Origin: an uncultured Clostridia bacterium
GTDB lineage: Bacteria; Bacillota; Clostridia; Oscillospirales; Ruminococcaceae
NCBI GenBank assembly: GCA_937906945.1
Contig: CALCUE010000026.1
Coordinates: forward strand, 59,759-123,758
Direction of reading: 5' to 3'
Length of the DNA: 64,000 bases
The notes beneath the pieces are model-generated. The model saw nothing but the letters and a program-made list of their open reading frames with translations. It was not told the DNA's origin and did not search any database. Of this stretch, positions 47,546 to 56,727 are shown in pieces (the stretch's first letter is position 1; each line of letters begins with the position of its first letter). Position numbers and translations under genes: made by a program.

Positions 47546-48676
47546 ATGTTTACTGTATTAAAAACCGAAGGAAAAGCCCGGCGCTGTGAATTTGAGACCG
47601 TTCACGGAACTGTTCAAACGCCGGCTTTTATGAATGTGGCCACCTGTGGCGCTATTAAAGGCGGCGTAGCGTCAGAGGATCTGAAGGAACTACATTGTCA
47701 GGTGGCGCTTTGCAACACCTATCATTTGTCGCTTCGTCCCGGTGATCTGGTCGTCAAAGAATTGGGTGGTCTTCATAAATTTATGAACTGGGATCGTCCT
47801 ATTTTGACGGACAGCGGTGGCTTCCAGGTGTTCAGCCTCTCCAAGCTTCGTAAAATCAAAGAGGAAGGCGTTTATTTTAGGAGCCATTTGGACGGTCACG
47901 CGATTTTTATGGGGCCGGAGGAATCCATGCAGATCCAGTCCCATTTGGGAAGTACGATCGCCATGGCGTTTGATGAATGCGTTGAAAATCCGGCGCCAAA
48001 ATCCTATTCGGCGCAATCTTGCCAAAGGACGACCCGCTGGCTTTACCGCTGTAAGGCGGAAATGGATCGTTTGAACTCGCTTCCGGATACGATCAATCCG
48101 CACCAGATGCTTTTTGGAATCAACCAAGGCTGTACTTTCGAGGATCTTCGTATTGAGCATATGAAGGAGATTGCCAAACTGGATCTGGATGGTTACGCTA
48201 TCGGCGGTCTGGCCGTGGGAGAACCTACGTCGGAAATGTATAGGATCATCGAAGCTGTGGAACCGTATATGCCGGTGGAAAAGCCCCGGTATCTGATGGG
48301 CGTCGGAACGCCGGTCAACATTTTGGAAGGAGTCCATCGCGGCATTGATCTTTTTGATTGCGTTATGCCAAGCCGAAACGCCCGTCACGGTACGCTTTTT
48401 ACCTGGCAGGGAATTCGGAATCTCAATAATGAAAAGTATATCTATGATGATGGTCCTGTCGATCCGGAATGCGATTGCCCGACCTGTCGGCTCCACAGCC
48501 GCGCCTATGTTCGCCATTTACTTCGTTCCAACGAGCTTTTGGCGCACCGTCTTACGGTTCAGCACAATCTTTTCTTCTACAATACGTTGATGGAACGGAT
48601 CCGTGAGGCATTGGATAACGGAACTTTTGAGGAGTTTTATCAGAAATACGTTCCCATTCTTGGAAAGAGAATTTGA
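47546..48676 (+). CDS. tgt: Queuine tRNA-ribosyltransferase
   Basis: HGTVQTPAFMNV, LTDSGGFQVFSL, AFDEC, zinc site CDCPTC...H. Confidence 0.96.
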   Translation: MFTVLKTEGKARRCEFETVHGTVQTPAFMNVATCGAIKGGVASEDLKELHCQVALCNTYHLSLRPGDLVVKELGGLHKFMNWDRPILTDSGGFQVFSLSKLRKIKEEGVYFRSHLDGHAIFMGPEESMQIQSHLGSTIAMAFDECVENPAPKSYSAQSCQRTTRWLYRCKAEMDRLNSLPDTINPHQMLFGINQGCTFEDLRIEHMKEIAKLDLDGYAIGGLAVGEPTSEMYRIIEAVEPYMPVEKPRYLMGVGTPVNILEGVHRGIDLFDCVMPSRNARHGTLFTWQGIRNLNNEKYIYDDGPVDPECDCPTCRLHSRAYVRHLLRSNELLAHRLTVQHNLFFYNTLMERIREALDNGTFEEFYQKYVPILGKRI

Positions 48677-48745
48677 GGAAAAGCCTTGCGCTATCGTCGT
48701 TTTTTCTATATAATAGGATTATATTAATTGGGAGGTAATTTTTTT

Positions 48746-49084
48746 ATGTACAATTTGCTTTTTTCCAGTTCAGCGGCAGCCGGAGAGGGATCCATTTGGG
48801 AGACGATCCTCAGCTTTGCGCCTCTGCTTCTTGTTCTGGTTGTTTTTTATTTTCTTCTGATCCGTCCTCAGCAGAAAAAAGATAAAGAAGATAAGGCTAT
48901 GCGCGAAAATCTGGAGATCGGTGATGAAGTTGTTACCGCCGGAGGTATTATCGGTATCATCACTTCCATTAAAGACGAAACCGTCGTCGTTGAAACCGGC
49001 AGCGGACGCAGTCGTATTCGCGTAGCAAAATGGGCGATATCCCAGAAAATCTCCACGGATAAAGAAGACGAAAATCAAAAATAA
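48746..49084 (+). CDS. yajC: Preprotein translocase subunit YajC
   Basis: TM followed by LIRPQQKKDKE...L..GDEVVTAGGIIGIITSI. Confidence 0.9.
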   Translation: MYNLLFSSSAAAGEGSIWETILSFAPLLLVLVVFYFLLIRPQQKKDKEDKAMRENLEIGDEVVTAGGIIGIITSIKDETVVVETGSGRSRIRVAKWAISQKISTDKEDENQK

Positions 49085-49121
49085 GTCCGAATAAAATACG
49101 TCCCTTTGGAATAACCTTAAA

Positions 49122-49520
49122 ATGGTTAAGAGAAAGGGGCGTTTGTTTTTGAAAAATATAGGAATAAAGATCGTAAAAAGCGCTTCAATCGGGACAGCGT
49201 TGGGCACTTTCATATCAGCCATCGTGCTTTTTGTTTTAGCGGCGGTCCTTTCCATCGGTCAGCTTTCACCGGTCGTGGTTGGCCCTATGGCATTAGCGGC
49301 ACAAATTATTGGTGGATTTGTTGGAGGATTTTTTTCCGGGATGACAGCGGGAAAAAAAGGGTTTTTGTGTGGCCTTTTGTCCGGAATTCTGTTTTTTGCG
49401 ATGATTTGGATCTGTGGCGGCATTTTTGGAGCCGCAAACTTCGGATGGGAAGCTCTTATAAAAGCCGCTATTATATCAGCAGCAGGCGTTCTAGGCGGTA
49501 TTATTGGTGTCAACCGATAA
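49122..49520 (+). CDS. Small integral membrane protein (Gly-rich TM helices; TIGR04086-like by memory)
   Basis: Four hydrophobic segments, IGGFVGGFFSGMTAGKKGFLCGLLSG. A TTG at 49149 with an AAGGGG RBS is an alternative start. Confidence 0.55.
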   Translation: MVKRKGRLFLKNIGIKIVKSASIGTALGTFISAIVLFVLAAVLSIGQLSPVVVGPMALAAQIIGGFVGGFFSGMTAGKKGFLCGLLSGILFFAMIWICGGIFGAANFGWEALIKAAIISAAGVLGGIIGVNR

Positions 49521-49536
49521 AATAATATGGATAAAT

Positions 49537-49570
49537 AAACAAGCTCCGGTATATCCGGAGCTTGTTTTTC
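49537..49570 (+). terminator. Intrinsic terminator
   Basis: aaacaagctccgg-tatat-ccggagcttgttttt. Confidence 0.8.
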
Positions 49571-49617
49571 ATATCTTAGAAAGAACAGGGAAGACAGAAG
49601 GGGAAAGGAGAACAGAA

Positions 49618-50190
49618 ATGAACGAAAAAATCAGACAAACTCTTCGCCGGAACCGCTATTTGCTGTTAGCGGTCAGCGTTCTTCTATTAGGAACGGTGAT
49701 CGGTGTTGTCGCTCTTCAGAATCTGCCAAAGGAGCTTCTGGAAAAGGTTCAAACGCTATCCATTATGGGAAAAAAGGATTTCAAAACGATCTGGTGGGAT
49801 CGTTTTGCCTTTTCAGAATGTGTACTGTTCGGCCTCTTTATTTCGGGCTTCAGCCTTTTTGGACATGGAACCGCTTCTTTTTTACTTTTGCTTTATGGCA
49901 TGATTTACGGAGTAAAAAATGCCGTCAGTTATCACTTTTTGGGTTCGGGTTATTTGATTCCAGCGTTGGCCGAGTTTTTTTCTTTTCTTATTTTCACCGT
50001 TTTTTGCTTTCTGGTCATGGGAGAAAATTCGTTTTATTCCTCCGAACTCCTTCGTCGCATTATACAAAAAAAGAATGATGAAAAACCGCATTATAATGGG
50101 AAAAATCAAGCTGTGAAATTAATATGCTTTACAGTTATTTTAGCCGTTTTTTCCGCTCTTTCGTCTTATTTATCTCTCGTCCTGGCTTGA
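49618..50190 (+). CDS. Integral membrane protein, SpoIIM-like (stage II sporulation protein M family) by topology and synteny
   Basis: AAAGGAG RBS; MNEKIRQTLRRNRYLLLAVSVLLLGTVIGVV. Loosely collinear with B. subtilis SpoIIM, and it neighbours a Xer recombinase as spoIIM does in Bacillus. Sequence similarity is weak by eye. Confidence 0.5.
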   Translation: MNEKIRQTLRRNRYLLLAVSVLLLGTVIGVVALQNLPKELLEKVQTLSIMGKKDFKTIWWDRFAFSECVLFGLFISGFSLFGHGTASFLLLLYGMIYGVKNAVSYHFLGSGYLIPALAEFFSFLIFTVFCFLVMGENSFYSSELLRRIIQKKNDEKPHYNGKNQAVKLICFTVILAVFSALSSYLSLVLA

Positions 50191-51177
50191 TTTTTTCTTT
50201 GGTTGTCGGACATTTTTTAATGGTGATTTATTGGAAGCGTCTTCAATCTGACGATTACTGACGTGAGTATAGATTTCCGTTGTCGAAAGGCTTTCATGAC
50301 CCAAAAGCTCTTTTAATACACGAATATCCACACCGGCGTTTTGGTAAAGAAGTGTTGCCGCCGTATGACGAAGCTTGTGAGGCGTTATGCCCATGCCATC
50401 CAGACCGGCTTTTTTTAAGCATTCTTCCACAATCTGTTCCACACGACGAGGACCGATCCGTTTGCCGTTCCGATTCAAAAATAGCGCGTTTTTATCGACC
50501 CGTTTGACTTTTTCACCGGAATCCAGAACTTTCTTATAATTTTCAATAGCCTCCAAACACGAATTGTTCAGATACACGATCCGTTCTTTATTGCCTTTAC
50601 CAAGCAGTTTCAAGCGGTTTTCTTTAATATCGGAAAGATTGATGCCACAAAGTTCGGAAAGACGCATTCCGCAGTTCAGAAACAGCGTGATCATGCAAAA
50701 ATCTCGTTCGGTAAAGCTGGTTTCCACATGAGTCAAAAGCTCCAGAGCCTGTTCCAACGTCAGATATTTTGGCAACGCTTTTTTTAAGGACGGCGTTTCC
50801 AGATTCTGCATCGGATTTTCCGAAAGTTTTCCAACCGATACGTTCAGATATTTGTAAAACGAACGAATGGCGGAAACTTTGCGGGAACGCGCTTTGGCGT
50901 GATTATCATGGTTCTGCTGAAACTCCGCTAAAAACTCCATGGCATCCAGTCGTGTGGCGTTTTGGATAAGATCAAATCCGGCGTCCTGAATTTTAATTTC
51001 CGAGTAATCCACCAACTCATCCGCAAGATGATTTTTAATTAAAAGAAAACGTAAAAAAGAACGAAGGTCAATATAATAGCCATCGACAGTTCGTGAAGAA
51101 CGACCTTTAATGGTTTCCATATAAAATAAGAAATCTCGTAGATAATCCGGGCAATCGTTCAAATATGACTTATTCAT
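50170..51177 (-). CDS. Tyrosine recombinase, XerC/XerD family
   Basis: Catalytic set GMRLSE (R), HKLRHTAAT (HxxR), LLGHESLSTTEIYTHV (H...Y). GGAGGGG RBS. The 3' end overlaps the convergent upstream gene by 21 nt. Confidence 0.88.
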   Translation of the reverse strand: MNKSYLNDCPDYLRDFLFYMETIKGRSSRTVDGYYIDLRSFLRFLLIKNHLADELVDYSEIKIQDAGFDLIQNATRLDAMEFLAEFQQNHDNHAKARSRKVSAIRSFYKYLNVSVGKLSENPMQNLETPSLKKALPKYLTLEQALELLTHVETSFTERDFCMITLFLNCGMRLSELCGINLSDIKENRLKLLGKGNKERIVYLNNSCLEAIENYKKVLDSGEKVKRVDKNALFLNRNGKRIGPRRVEQIVEECLKKAGLDGMGITPHKLRHTAATLLYQNAGVDIRVLKELLGHESLSTTEIYTHVSNRQIEDASNKSPLKNVRQPKKKSSQDER

Positions 51178-51317
51178 AGGTTTTCGCCCCTCCTTTATTT
51201 CATTAAATTTCTATTTAGCGAAATAGGATCATCTGCAAATACTATAGCATAAAACTCTCTTCCCGTCAAGGCTCTTAATAAAAAAATCCGCTTTTCATAA
51301 AGAAAAACGGATTTTTA

Positions 51318-52064
51318 TCATTCTTCGCAAAGTGGTATAATTCCGCCGATATCACAAAGTTCTTTGCCTCCAAGATTTTCCGCGTAAACGTTTCGGTTGC
51401 GTAAAAAATCTTTGATGTTTTGATAATCCTGGATGGATCGTAAATCCCCACTGGTGCCAAGGATCTCTTTTTCGATCATTCCGCCGCAACCGCCAATGAA
51501 GCCGTTGGCATATCCTTCCAAACGGATTTTATCGTCCCGGATCGTTAAGACCTCGATGCCGTGGTCTTCGGCAATTTTAGCGATTCCCCTATCGGCAGTT
51601 ATGATCGCGTCTTCGCAAATGGCCAATACCGCGCATTTCGCGTAGCCTTGTTTGACAGCGATGAAATTATAATTCTGCTCTTCCAAAAACTGTAATATCC
51701 GTGGATCGGCTGTGTTGGGATTTAATAGAACCTGTTTTCCCAAAAACTGAACATTCAGGTGACAGTCATTGGGGTATGTATCCCCTGCTTTTTGGAACGA
51801 TTCCTGTGCTTCAAAAGAGAGCGTTTTCAGCATTTCCACTGTTTTTTCAGAACAGGAGGACGTAATAACGCTTTTTCCGCCCAGATGAAGAAGCTGTAAA
51901 TCCGCATGAGAAGCGATTTCTTTCGGAAGATCATCACTTGGGTCAATGGGAATAACGGCGATTTTTGCTGATGCTAATGCGCTTTTTACATCCTCCGCCA
52001 AAGAAGAAACGGCGATGACGGTCGCCTTTCCTTTCGGAAAATTCGGCTTTTCCAGATACTCCAT
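51318..52064 (-). CDS. Conserved hypothetical protein (248 aa), last gene of the cwlD-radA operon
   Basis: No motif I can assign confidently. It starts 7 nt after the radA stop and is followed by a terminator hairpin at about 51280-51316. Confidence 0.6.
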   Translation of the reverse strand: MEYLEKPNFPKGKATVIAVSSLAEDVKSALASAKIAVIPIDPSDDLPKEIASHADLQLLHLGGKSVITSSCSEKTVEMLKTLSFEAQESFQKAGDTYPNDCHLNVQFLGKQVLLNPNTADPRILQFLEEQNYNFIAVKQGYAKCAVLAICEDAIITADRGIAKIAEDHGIEVLTIRDDKIRLEGYANGFIGGCGGMIEKEILGTSGDLRSIQDYQNIKDFLRNRNVYAENLGGKELCDIGGIIPLCEE

Positions 52065-52070
52065 TTTGGT

Positions 52071-53459
52071 TTAAGACTCCTTTTTATGAATGACAGAAAA
52101 GGCCTCTCCCACGCTGGAAACGCCGCTCAATTTGATTTTATAATCTTCGACGGCGATGTTTTTCAGACATTGTTTGGGCAAAATCACTTCGGTAAATCCC
52201 AGTTTTTCCGCTTCCTTGATACGGCTTTCCACATGAGAAACGCTCCGCAATTCCCCGCCAAGACCGATTTCACCGAACGCGACAACACTTTCATCGACGA
52301 CCGTATCCGTTAGGCTGGAAATCAACGCGATGGCAACGGGAAGATCCGCCGCTGGTTCGTCTAACTTGAGGCCACCGATAACATTGATGTAGGTATCCAT
52401 ATTTCCGAAAAAGTAACCGGCCCGTTTTTCCAAGACGGCAATCAAAAGACTGGTGCGGTTGAAATCAAAGCCGGTGGAAGTGCGGCGAGGAACGCCGAAA
52501 CCGGTTTTGGTCACAAGGGCCTGCACTTCGGCAAAAATCGGACGGGTGCCTTCGATGATACAGCTGACACAGGTGCCGGAAACGTTTTTGGGGCGTTCGG
52601 AAAGCAGCGCTATGGAGGGATTTTCCACCTCATGCAGGCCGTTTTCGCCCATTTCAAAAATACCGATCTCGTTGGTGGAACCAAACCGGTTTTTGATGGA
52701 ACGCAAGATCCGGTAGCTCATGGTGCGTTCTCCTTCAAAGTGAAGAACAGTATCGACGATATGCTCCATGACCTTCGGACCGGCGATGGCACCGTCCTTG
52801 TTGACGTGGCCGACAATAATCATAGGAATTTCAGCCTTCTTGGCCGCTTTAGTAAGAATAGAGGTACATTCTTTGACCTGCGTAACGCTGCCGCTGGAAG
52901 AAGATATGGCCGCGAAATTCATAGTCTGGATGGAGTCGATCATGACCATATCTGGCTTTTCCTTTATGATCGCGTTGACCACTTGTCCGATATCGGTATA
53001 GGGAGCGATCAGAAGATTATCTCCGGTAACACCAAGCCGACGAGCGCGAAGTTTTAGTTGCGCCTTGCTCTCTTCTCCGGAAATATAAAGAATTTTCATA
53101 GATTCTGAAAGTTTTCCGCAAATCTGCAAAAGCATGGTGGATTTTCCAATGCCCGGATCACCGCCCAAAAGCGTAACGGACCCTTTCACAATGCCGCCGC
53201 CGAGCACACGGTCCAATTCCTTGATCCCGGTAACGTAGCGATATTCATCCTCGACAACGACATCGCTGATTCGAACGACGGCTTCCTCGTCGGCAGTGTC
53301 CGGCACGATTCCGGCGGTTTTCTGCTTGGAAGGCAACTCTTCCGCCCGGATATCCTCCACAAAAGTATTCCATTCTTTACATTCCGGGCATTGTCCGTAC
53401 CATCTTGGAGATTCGTAACCACATTCCGAGCAGACATAGACCGCTTTCATTTTTCCCAT
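52071..53459 (-). CDS. radA: DNA repair protein RadA (Sms)
   Basis: Zinc finger YVCSECGYESPRWYGQCPEC, Walker A GGDPGIGKSTMLLQ, KNRFG, Lon-like C-terminal domain. Confidence 0.96.
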   Translation of the reverse strand: MGKMKAVYVCSECGYESPRWYGQCPECKEWNTFVEDIRAEELPSKQKTAGIVPDTADEEAVVRISDVVVEDEYRYVTGIKELDRVLGGGIVKGSVTLLGGDPGIGKSTMLLQICGKLSESMKILYISGEESKAQLKLRARRLGVTGDNLLIAPYTDIGQVVNAIIKEKPDMVMIDSIQTMNFAAISSSSGSVTQVKECTSILTKAAKKAEIPMIIVGHVNKDGAIAGPKVMEHIVDTVLHFEGERTMSYRILRSIKNRFGSTNEIGIFEMGENGLHEVENPSIALLSERPKNVSGTCVSCIIEGTRPIFAEVQALVTKTGFGVPRRTSTGFDFNRTSLLIAVLEKRAGYFFGNMDTYINVIGGLKLDEPAADLPVAIALISSLTDTVVDESVVAFGEIGLGGELRSVSHVESRIKEAEKLGFTEVILPKQCLKNIAVEDYKIKLSGVSSVGEAFSVIHKKES

Positions 53460-54196
53460 TCGTTGACTTCCCTTTCTGTCAGGTATTGGATCGTTCCTGT
53501 GGCAAGCACAAACGATACTTTATTTTGGTATGTATCATCCATCAGGAGCGCCGCGTCGTGATTGGATGAAAGAAAACCGCATTCCGCCAGTACAGCCACT
53601 TTTTGGGCGTGATAAACAAGATAGACATCATCCGTGACCGGCTTTATGACTCGCTTATTTTCCGGCTGTAAAAGTGAGATCAGGCTATTTTGCAGGATAT
53701 CAGCGAGCATGGCACTTTCTTCTTGCTGTGGACCGTAAAAAATTTGAGCACCGTGAGCATCGCCGCCGAAATAATTCTGATGAATCGAAAGAAAACAGGC
53801 GCAATCCGACTGTTCCAACTGTGAAAATCGGTTGCGGATATCGGATTTTTTCCGATCTCTTTGATGGGTCAGGCCTTCATCGCAGGTCATTCGATCTGTC
53901 CTGCGGGTAAACTCCGTGCGGTAGCCGAAAAATCGAAGAAAAGCCCCTGTTTTTAATGTGACCGGCAAATTGATGTCTTTCTCCAGAATTCCGCCGACAC
54001 CGATCGCCCCGCTATCTTCCCCACCGTGACCGGGATCCAGAAGAATACATTCCGCTGATTTTGATAAAGAAGCCGAAACCGCCAAAAAGGAATTATTTTC
54101 CGGTATCTGCGTCGTAAACGGACAAATAACGATCAGAAAGGTGGAAACAACCAATAAAAACGCTTTTATAGCCGTATATTTCAAAACAAGATTCAT
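53447..54196 (-). CDS. cwlD: N-acetylmuramoyl-L-alanine amidase, CwlD-like (Amidase_3)
   Basis: TM/signal, ILLDPGHGGEDSGAIG, EKDINL, FLSIHQN, AVLAECGFLSN. Overlaps the radA start by 13 nt. Confidence 0.85.
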   Translation of the reverse strand: MNLVLKYTAIKAFLLVVSTFLIVICPFTTQIPENNSFLAVSASLSKSAECILLDPGHGGEDSGAIGVGGILEKDINLPVTLKTGAFLRFFGYRTEFTRRTDRMTCDEGLTHQRDRKKSDIRNRFSQLEQSDCACFLSIHQNYFGGDAHGAQIFYGPQQEESAMLADILQNSLISLLQPENKRVIKPVTDDVYLVYHAQKVAVLAECGFLSSNHDAALLMDDTYQNKVSFVLATGTIQYLTEREVNEWEK

Positions 54197-54407
54197 CCCC
54201 TTTCTCCTATTTATACACAGAAAGAAAGGGTGCTATTCCAAAAGCTATTTTACCATACGGAAGCGGATTTGTATATCTATAAATTTGAAATATTTGCAAT
54301 TTCCTTTTGATATTTGCGGAACGCCCTCTTGATTTTCGTAAACTAAAGTGCTAAAATATGAATGTTGGGGTTTTCCCAGGAAAATTATGGTTTTGGAGGT
54401 TCTTGTT

Positions 54408-54719
54408 ATGAATAAACGTCTGAAGGACGAAAGTTTGGATAACCTTTTTGAAGCCATTCTTACGCTGAAAACGAAAGAGGAATGTTATAGTTTTTTCCGT
54501 GATCTTTGCACGGTTCCGGAACTGAAAACGCTTTCTCAGCGTTTCCATGTGGCAAAAATGCTGTTGGACCATCGTGTTTACAGCGATATCGTGGAAGAAA
54601 CCGGTGCTTCCACCGCAACCATCAGCCGTGTCAACCGTTCTCTTTCCGAAGATTATGATTCCTGCGGCGGCTACGCCCTTGTTTTTGACCGGATGGACGA
54701 GGAAGACGATGACCAGTGA
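54408..54719 (+). CDS. YerC/YecD (TrpR-like) family DNA-binding protein
   Basis: LFEAILTLKTKEECYSFFRDLCTVPELKTLSQRFHVAKMLLD.RVYSDIVEETGASTATISRVNRSL. GGAGG RBS. Confidence 0.85.
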   Translation: MNKRLKDESLDNLFEAILTLKTKEECYSFFRDLCTVPELKTLSQRFHVAKMLLDHRVYSDIVEETGASTATISRVNRSLSEDYDSCGGYALVFDRMDEEDDDQ

Positions 54720-55461
54720 TTATGGCGATTTCGCGAGGTTTTATGACCGTTTCACCTTGAATGTCGATTACCCTGCTCGGGCTCGTTATTTTGATACGAT
54801 CATTCAAAAATACAACCCAAATGCGAAGCTCCTTTTGGACCTTGCCTGCGGGACCGGTTCGCTTAGTTTTGAATTGGAGCCTTTTGGTTACGATATCGTC
54901 GCGGTGGATAATTCCTATGAGATGCTCTCTGTTGCCGCGGAGAAACGGGGCGAACTGGATAGCGGTGTTTTGTTTTTGTGCCAGGAGATGGCCGATCTCG
55001 ACCTTTACGGAACGATAGACGCGACGGTATGCGCTTTGGACAGTGTCAACCACATTACCGATCCACAAGAGCTTCTGGAAGTATTCCAAAAAGTCTCTCT
55101 GTTTTCCAATCGTGGGGCTGTTTTTGTTTTTGACGTCAACACGGTCTATAAACATCAAAGTGTATTGGGAAACAACAGTTTCCTTTTTGAGCAGGACGAT
55201 GTCTTCTGCGCCTGGCAAAATAGCCTCCAGAAGGACGGTATCACCGTGGATATTCTTCTCGACTTTTTTGAGAAAATGCCAGAAAACGGCCTTTATCGTC
55301 GGTACAGCACCGATTTCTCTGAAAGGGCCTATGAGATCGACGATTTGAAGCAGATGCTGACGCAATCCGGCTTTACTGTCAAGGCGGTTTTTGATGAGGA
55401 TAGTTTCCTCCCTCTCCGAAAAGACAGTCAGAGGGCGATTCTGGTAGCCTTGAAAAATTAA
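54709..55461 (+). CDS. Class I SAM-dependent methyltransferase
   Basis: Motif I LLDLACGTGSLS, acidic D in IVAVDNS. The start overlaps the yerC-like stop by 11 nt. Confidence 0.85.
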   Translation: MTSDYGDFARFYDRFTLNVDYPARARYFDTIIQKYNPNAKLLLDLACGTGSLSFELEPFGYDIVAVDNSYEMLSVAAEKRGELDSGVLFLCQEMADLDLYGTIDATVCALDSVNHITDPQELLEVFQKVSLFSNRGAVFVFDVNTVYKHQSVLGNNSFLFEQDDVFCAWQNSLQKDGITVDILLDFFEKMPENGLYRRYSTDFSERAYEIDDLKQMLTQSGFTVKAVFDEDSFLPLRKDSQRAILVALKN

Positions 55462-55469
55462 AAAAGTTC

Positions 55470-55498
55470 TTGACATTCGATTTGTTTTAGGATATAAT
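55470..55498 (+). promoter_or_regulatory. Consensus sigma-A promoter of the tRNA-Val gene
   Basis: TTGACA, 17 nt, TATAAT (both hexamers exact), about 13 nt before the mature tRNA 5' end. Confidence 0.75.
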
Positions 55499-55511
55499 AA
55501 GCAAGTCGTCT

Positions 55512-55588
55512 GGGGGCATAGCTCAGCTGGTTAGAGCACCTGCCTTACAAGCAGGGGGTCATAGGTTCGAGTCCTATTGTCCCCACCA
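55512..55588 (+). tRNA. tRNA-Val (anticodon TAC), CCA encoded
   Basis: Cloverleaf folded by hand: acceptor GGGGGCA/TGTCCCC, D-arm GCTC-AGCTGGTTAGA-GAGC context, anticodon stem CCTGC/GCAGG with loop CTTACAA, T-arm GGTTCGAGTCC, 3' ACCA. Confidence 0.93.
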
Positions 55589-55622
55589 AAAAGACCTGAA
55601 CTTCGGTTTGGGTCTTTTTTTA
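55589..55622 (+). terminator. Intrinsic terminator after tRNA-Val
   Basis: agacctgaa-cttc-ggtttgggtct (with G-U pairs) followed by T7. Confidence 0.7.
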
Positions 55623-55712
55623 TAGCAAAAGTGAGCAGGTTTCGACGGATTTTCCTATAAAAATCCGATGCATTTTCCCATTATTTCGTGTATAATCGTT
55701 TTGGGTGATATT

Positions 55713-56681
55713 ATGAAACATATTGTCAATGTTGTCAGCGAAAATAACTGGTTAAAAGCCTATCGGGACCGTGCCGATATGGATTCTTTTGTCAAGGAGT
55801 GCCTCTGTGACGGTGTGGAAGTTATTCGCGGCGGTGAGGATACCACCGGAATTTATGATTCCACCAACGTGATTGGCGTTCATTTATTCTTTTATCCGAA
55901 CTGGCTAGATTTCTGGAACCACAATGTTCCCCGTCTTATGGCGCAATTTGGTTCACAAGCCGTTTGGGAGGGGTATTATCGGGCGACCAACCGGGAAGAA
56001 TTTCTTCGGCCCTATCAAGAGGATATGGAATACGCTGAATCCGTCGGAGCGGAATATGTGGTATTTCACGTCAACGACGTCTCCAACGAGGAAATTTTCA
56101 ATTATCAATGGGAACATACAAACGAGGAGGTCATTCGCGGCGTCGCGGAAATCGTAAACGCTTTGACCAAAGGAAAAAACTATCATTTCAAATTCCTTTT
56201 CGAAAACCTGTTTACGCCCGGAATGATGCTGTTAAATCCTAAAGAGACCGCTTTGATGCTGGAACTGACCGACTATGAAAACAAGGGAATTTTGCTGGAT
56301 ACCGGCCATCTGATGTGCGCTCCGCAAAACATTGTTGACGAGGAACAAGGTATTGATTTCGTTTTAGATACGGTACGCAATCATGGGTCTTTAGCCCACT
56401 ACATCAAAGCGTTGCATCTGCATAAATCCACGACGGGCGACGTGATCGCCGCGTTAAAAAAGCGCACGGTCGTTCCTGAGAAAGATTTTTACGACCGTTT
56501 TTCTCAAAGTTACGCGCTCATTTTGGAGATCGACCGACATTTGCCGATGGAAAGTTCCCGTGCTCAGGAGATCTTGGATCTGGTCGAACCGGATTACGTA
56601 ACCCATGAGGTTTCCGCCAAAGACCGCTATGAAAAAGTTGAGCGGGTTTTGACACAAATGAAGGCATTGGGGCGTATTTGA
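55713..56681 (+). CDS. Xylose isomerase-like TIM-barrel protein (sugar phosphate isomerase/epimerase family)
   Basis: VVFHVND, FENL, LDTGHLM and HLHKS pattern typical of the AP_endonuc_2 fold. Weak RBS; start at MKHIVNVV. Confidence 0.65.
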   Translation: MKHIVNVVSENNWLKAYRDRADMDSFVKECLCDGVEVIRGGEDTTGIYDSTNVIGVHLFFYPNWLDFWNHNVPRLMAQFGSQAVWEGYYRATNREEFLRPYQEDMEYAESVGAEYVVFHVNDVSNEEIFNYQWEHTNEEVIRGVAEIVNALTKGKNYHFKFLFENLFTPGMMLLNPKETALMLELTDYENKGILLDTGHLMCAPQNIVDEEQGIDFVLDTVRNHGSLAHYIKALHLHKSTTGDVIAALKKRTVVPEKDFYDRFSQSYALILEIDRHLPMESSRAQEILDLVEPDYVTHEVSAKDRYEKVERVLTQMKALGRI

Positions 56682-56690
56682 ATTCCACAT

Positions 56691-56727
56691 AAAAAAAGCG
56701 TGCGAGGATAACTCGCACGCTTTTTTT
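56691..56727. terminator. Bidirectional intrinsic terminator (TIM-barrel gene / cobC)
   Basis: aaaaaaagcgtgcgag-gataa-ctcgcacgcttttttt. Confidence 0.85.

Noticed and set aside
50170-51177. Tyrosine recombinase as a possible prophage or ICE integrase
   Set aside because: There are no flanking phage or conjugation genes, no adjacent tRNA attachment site and no direct repeats. The neighbours are housekeeping genes, and the spoIIM-like/xer adjacency matches Bacillus chromosomal synteny. It is treated as a chromosomal Xer-type recombinase.
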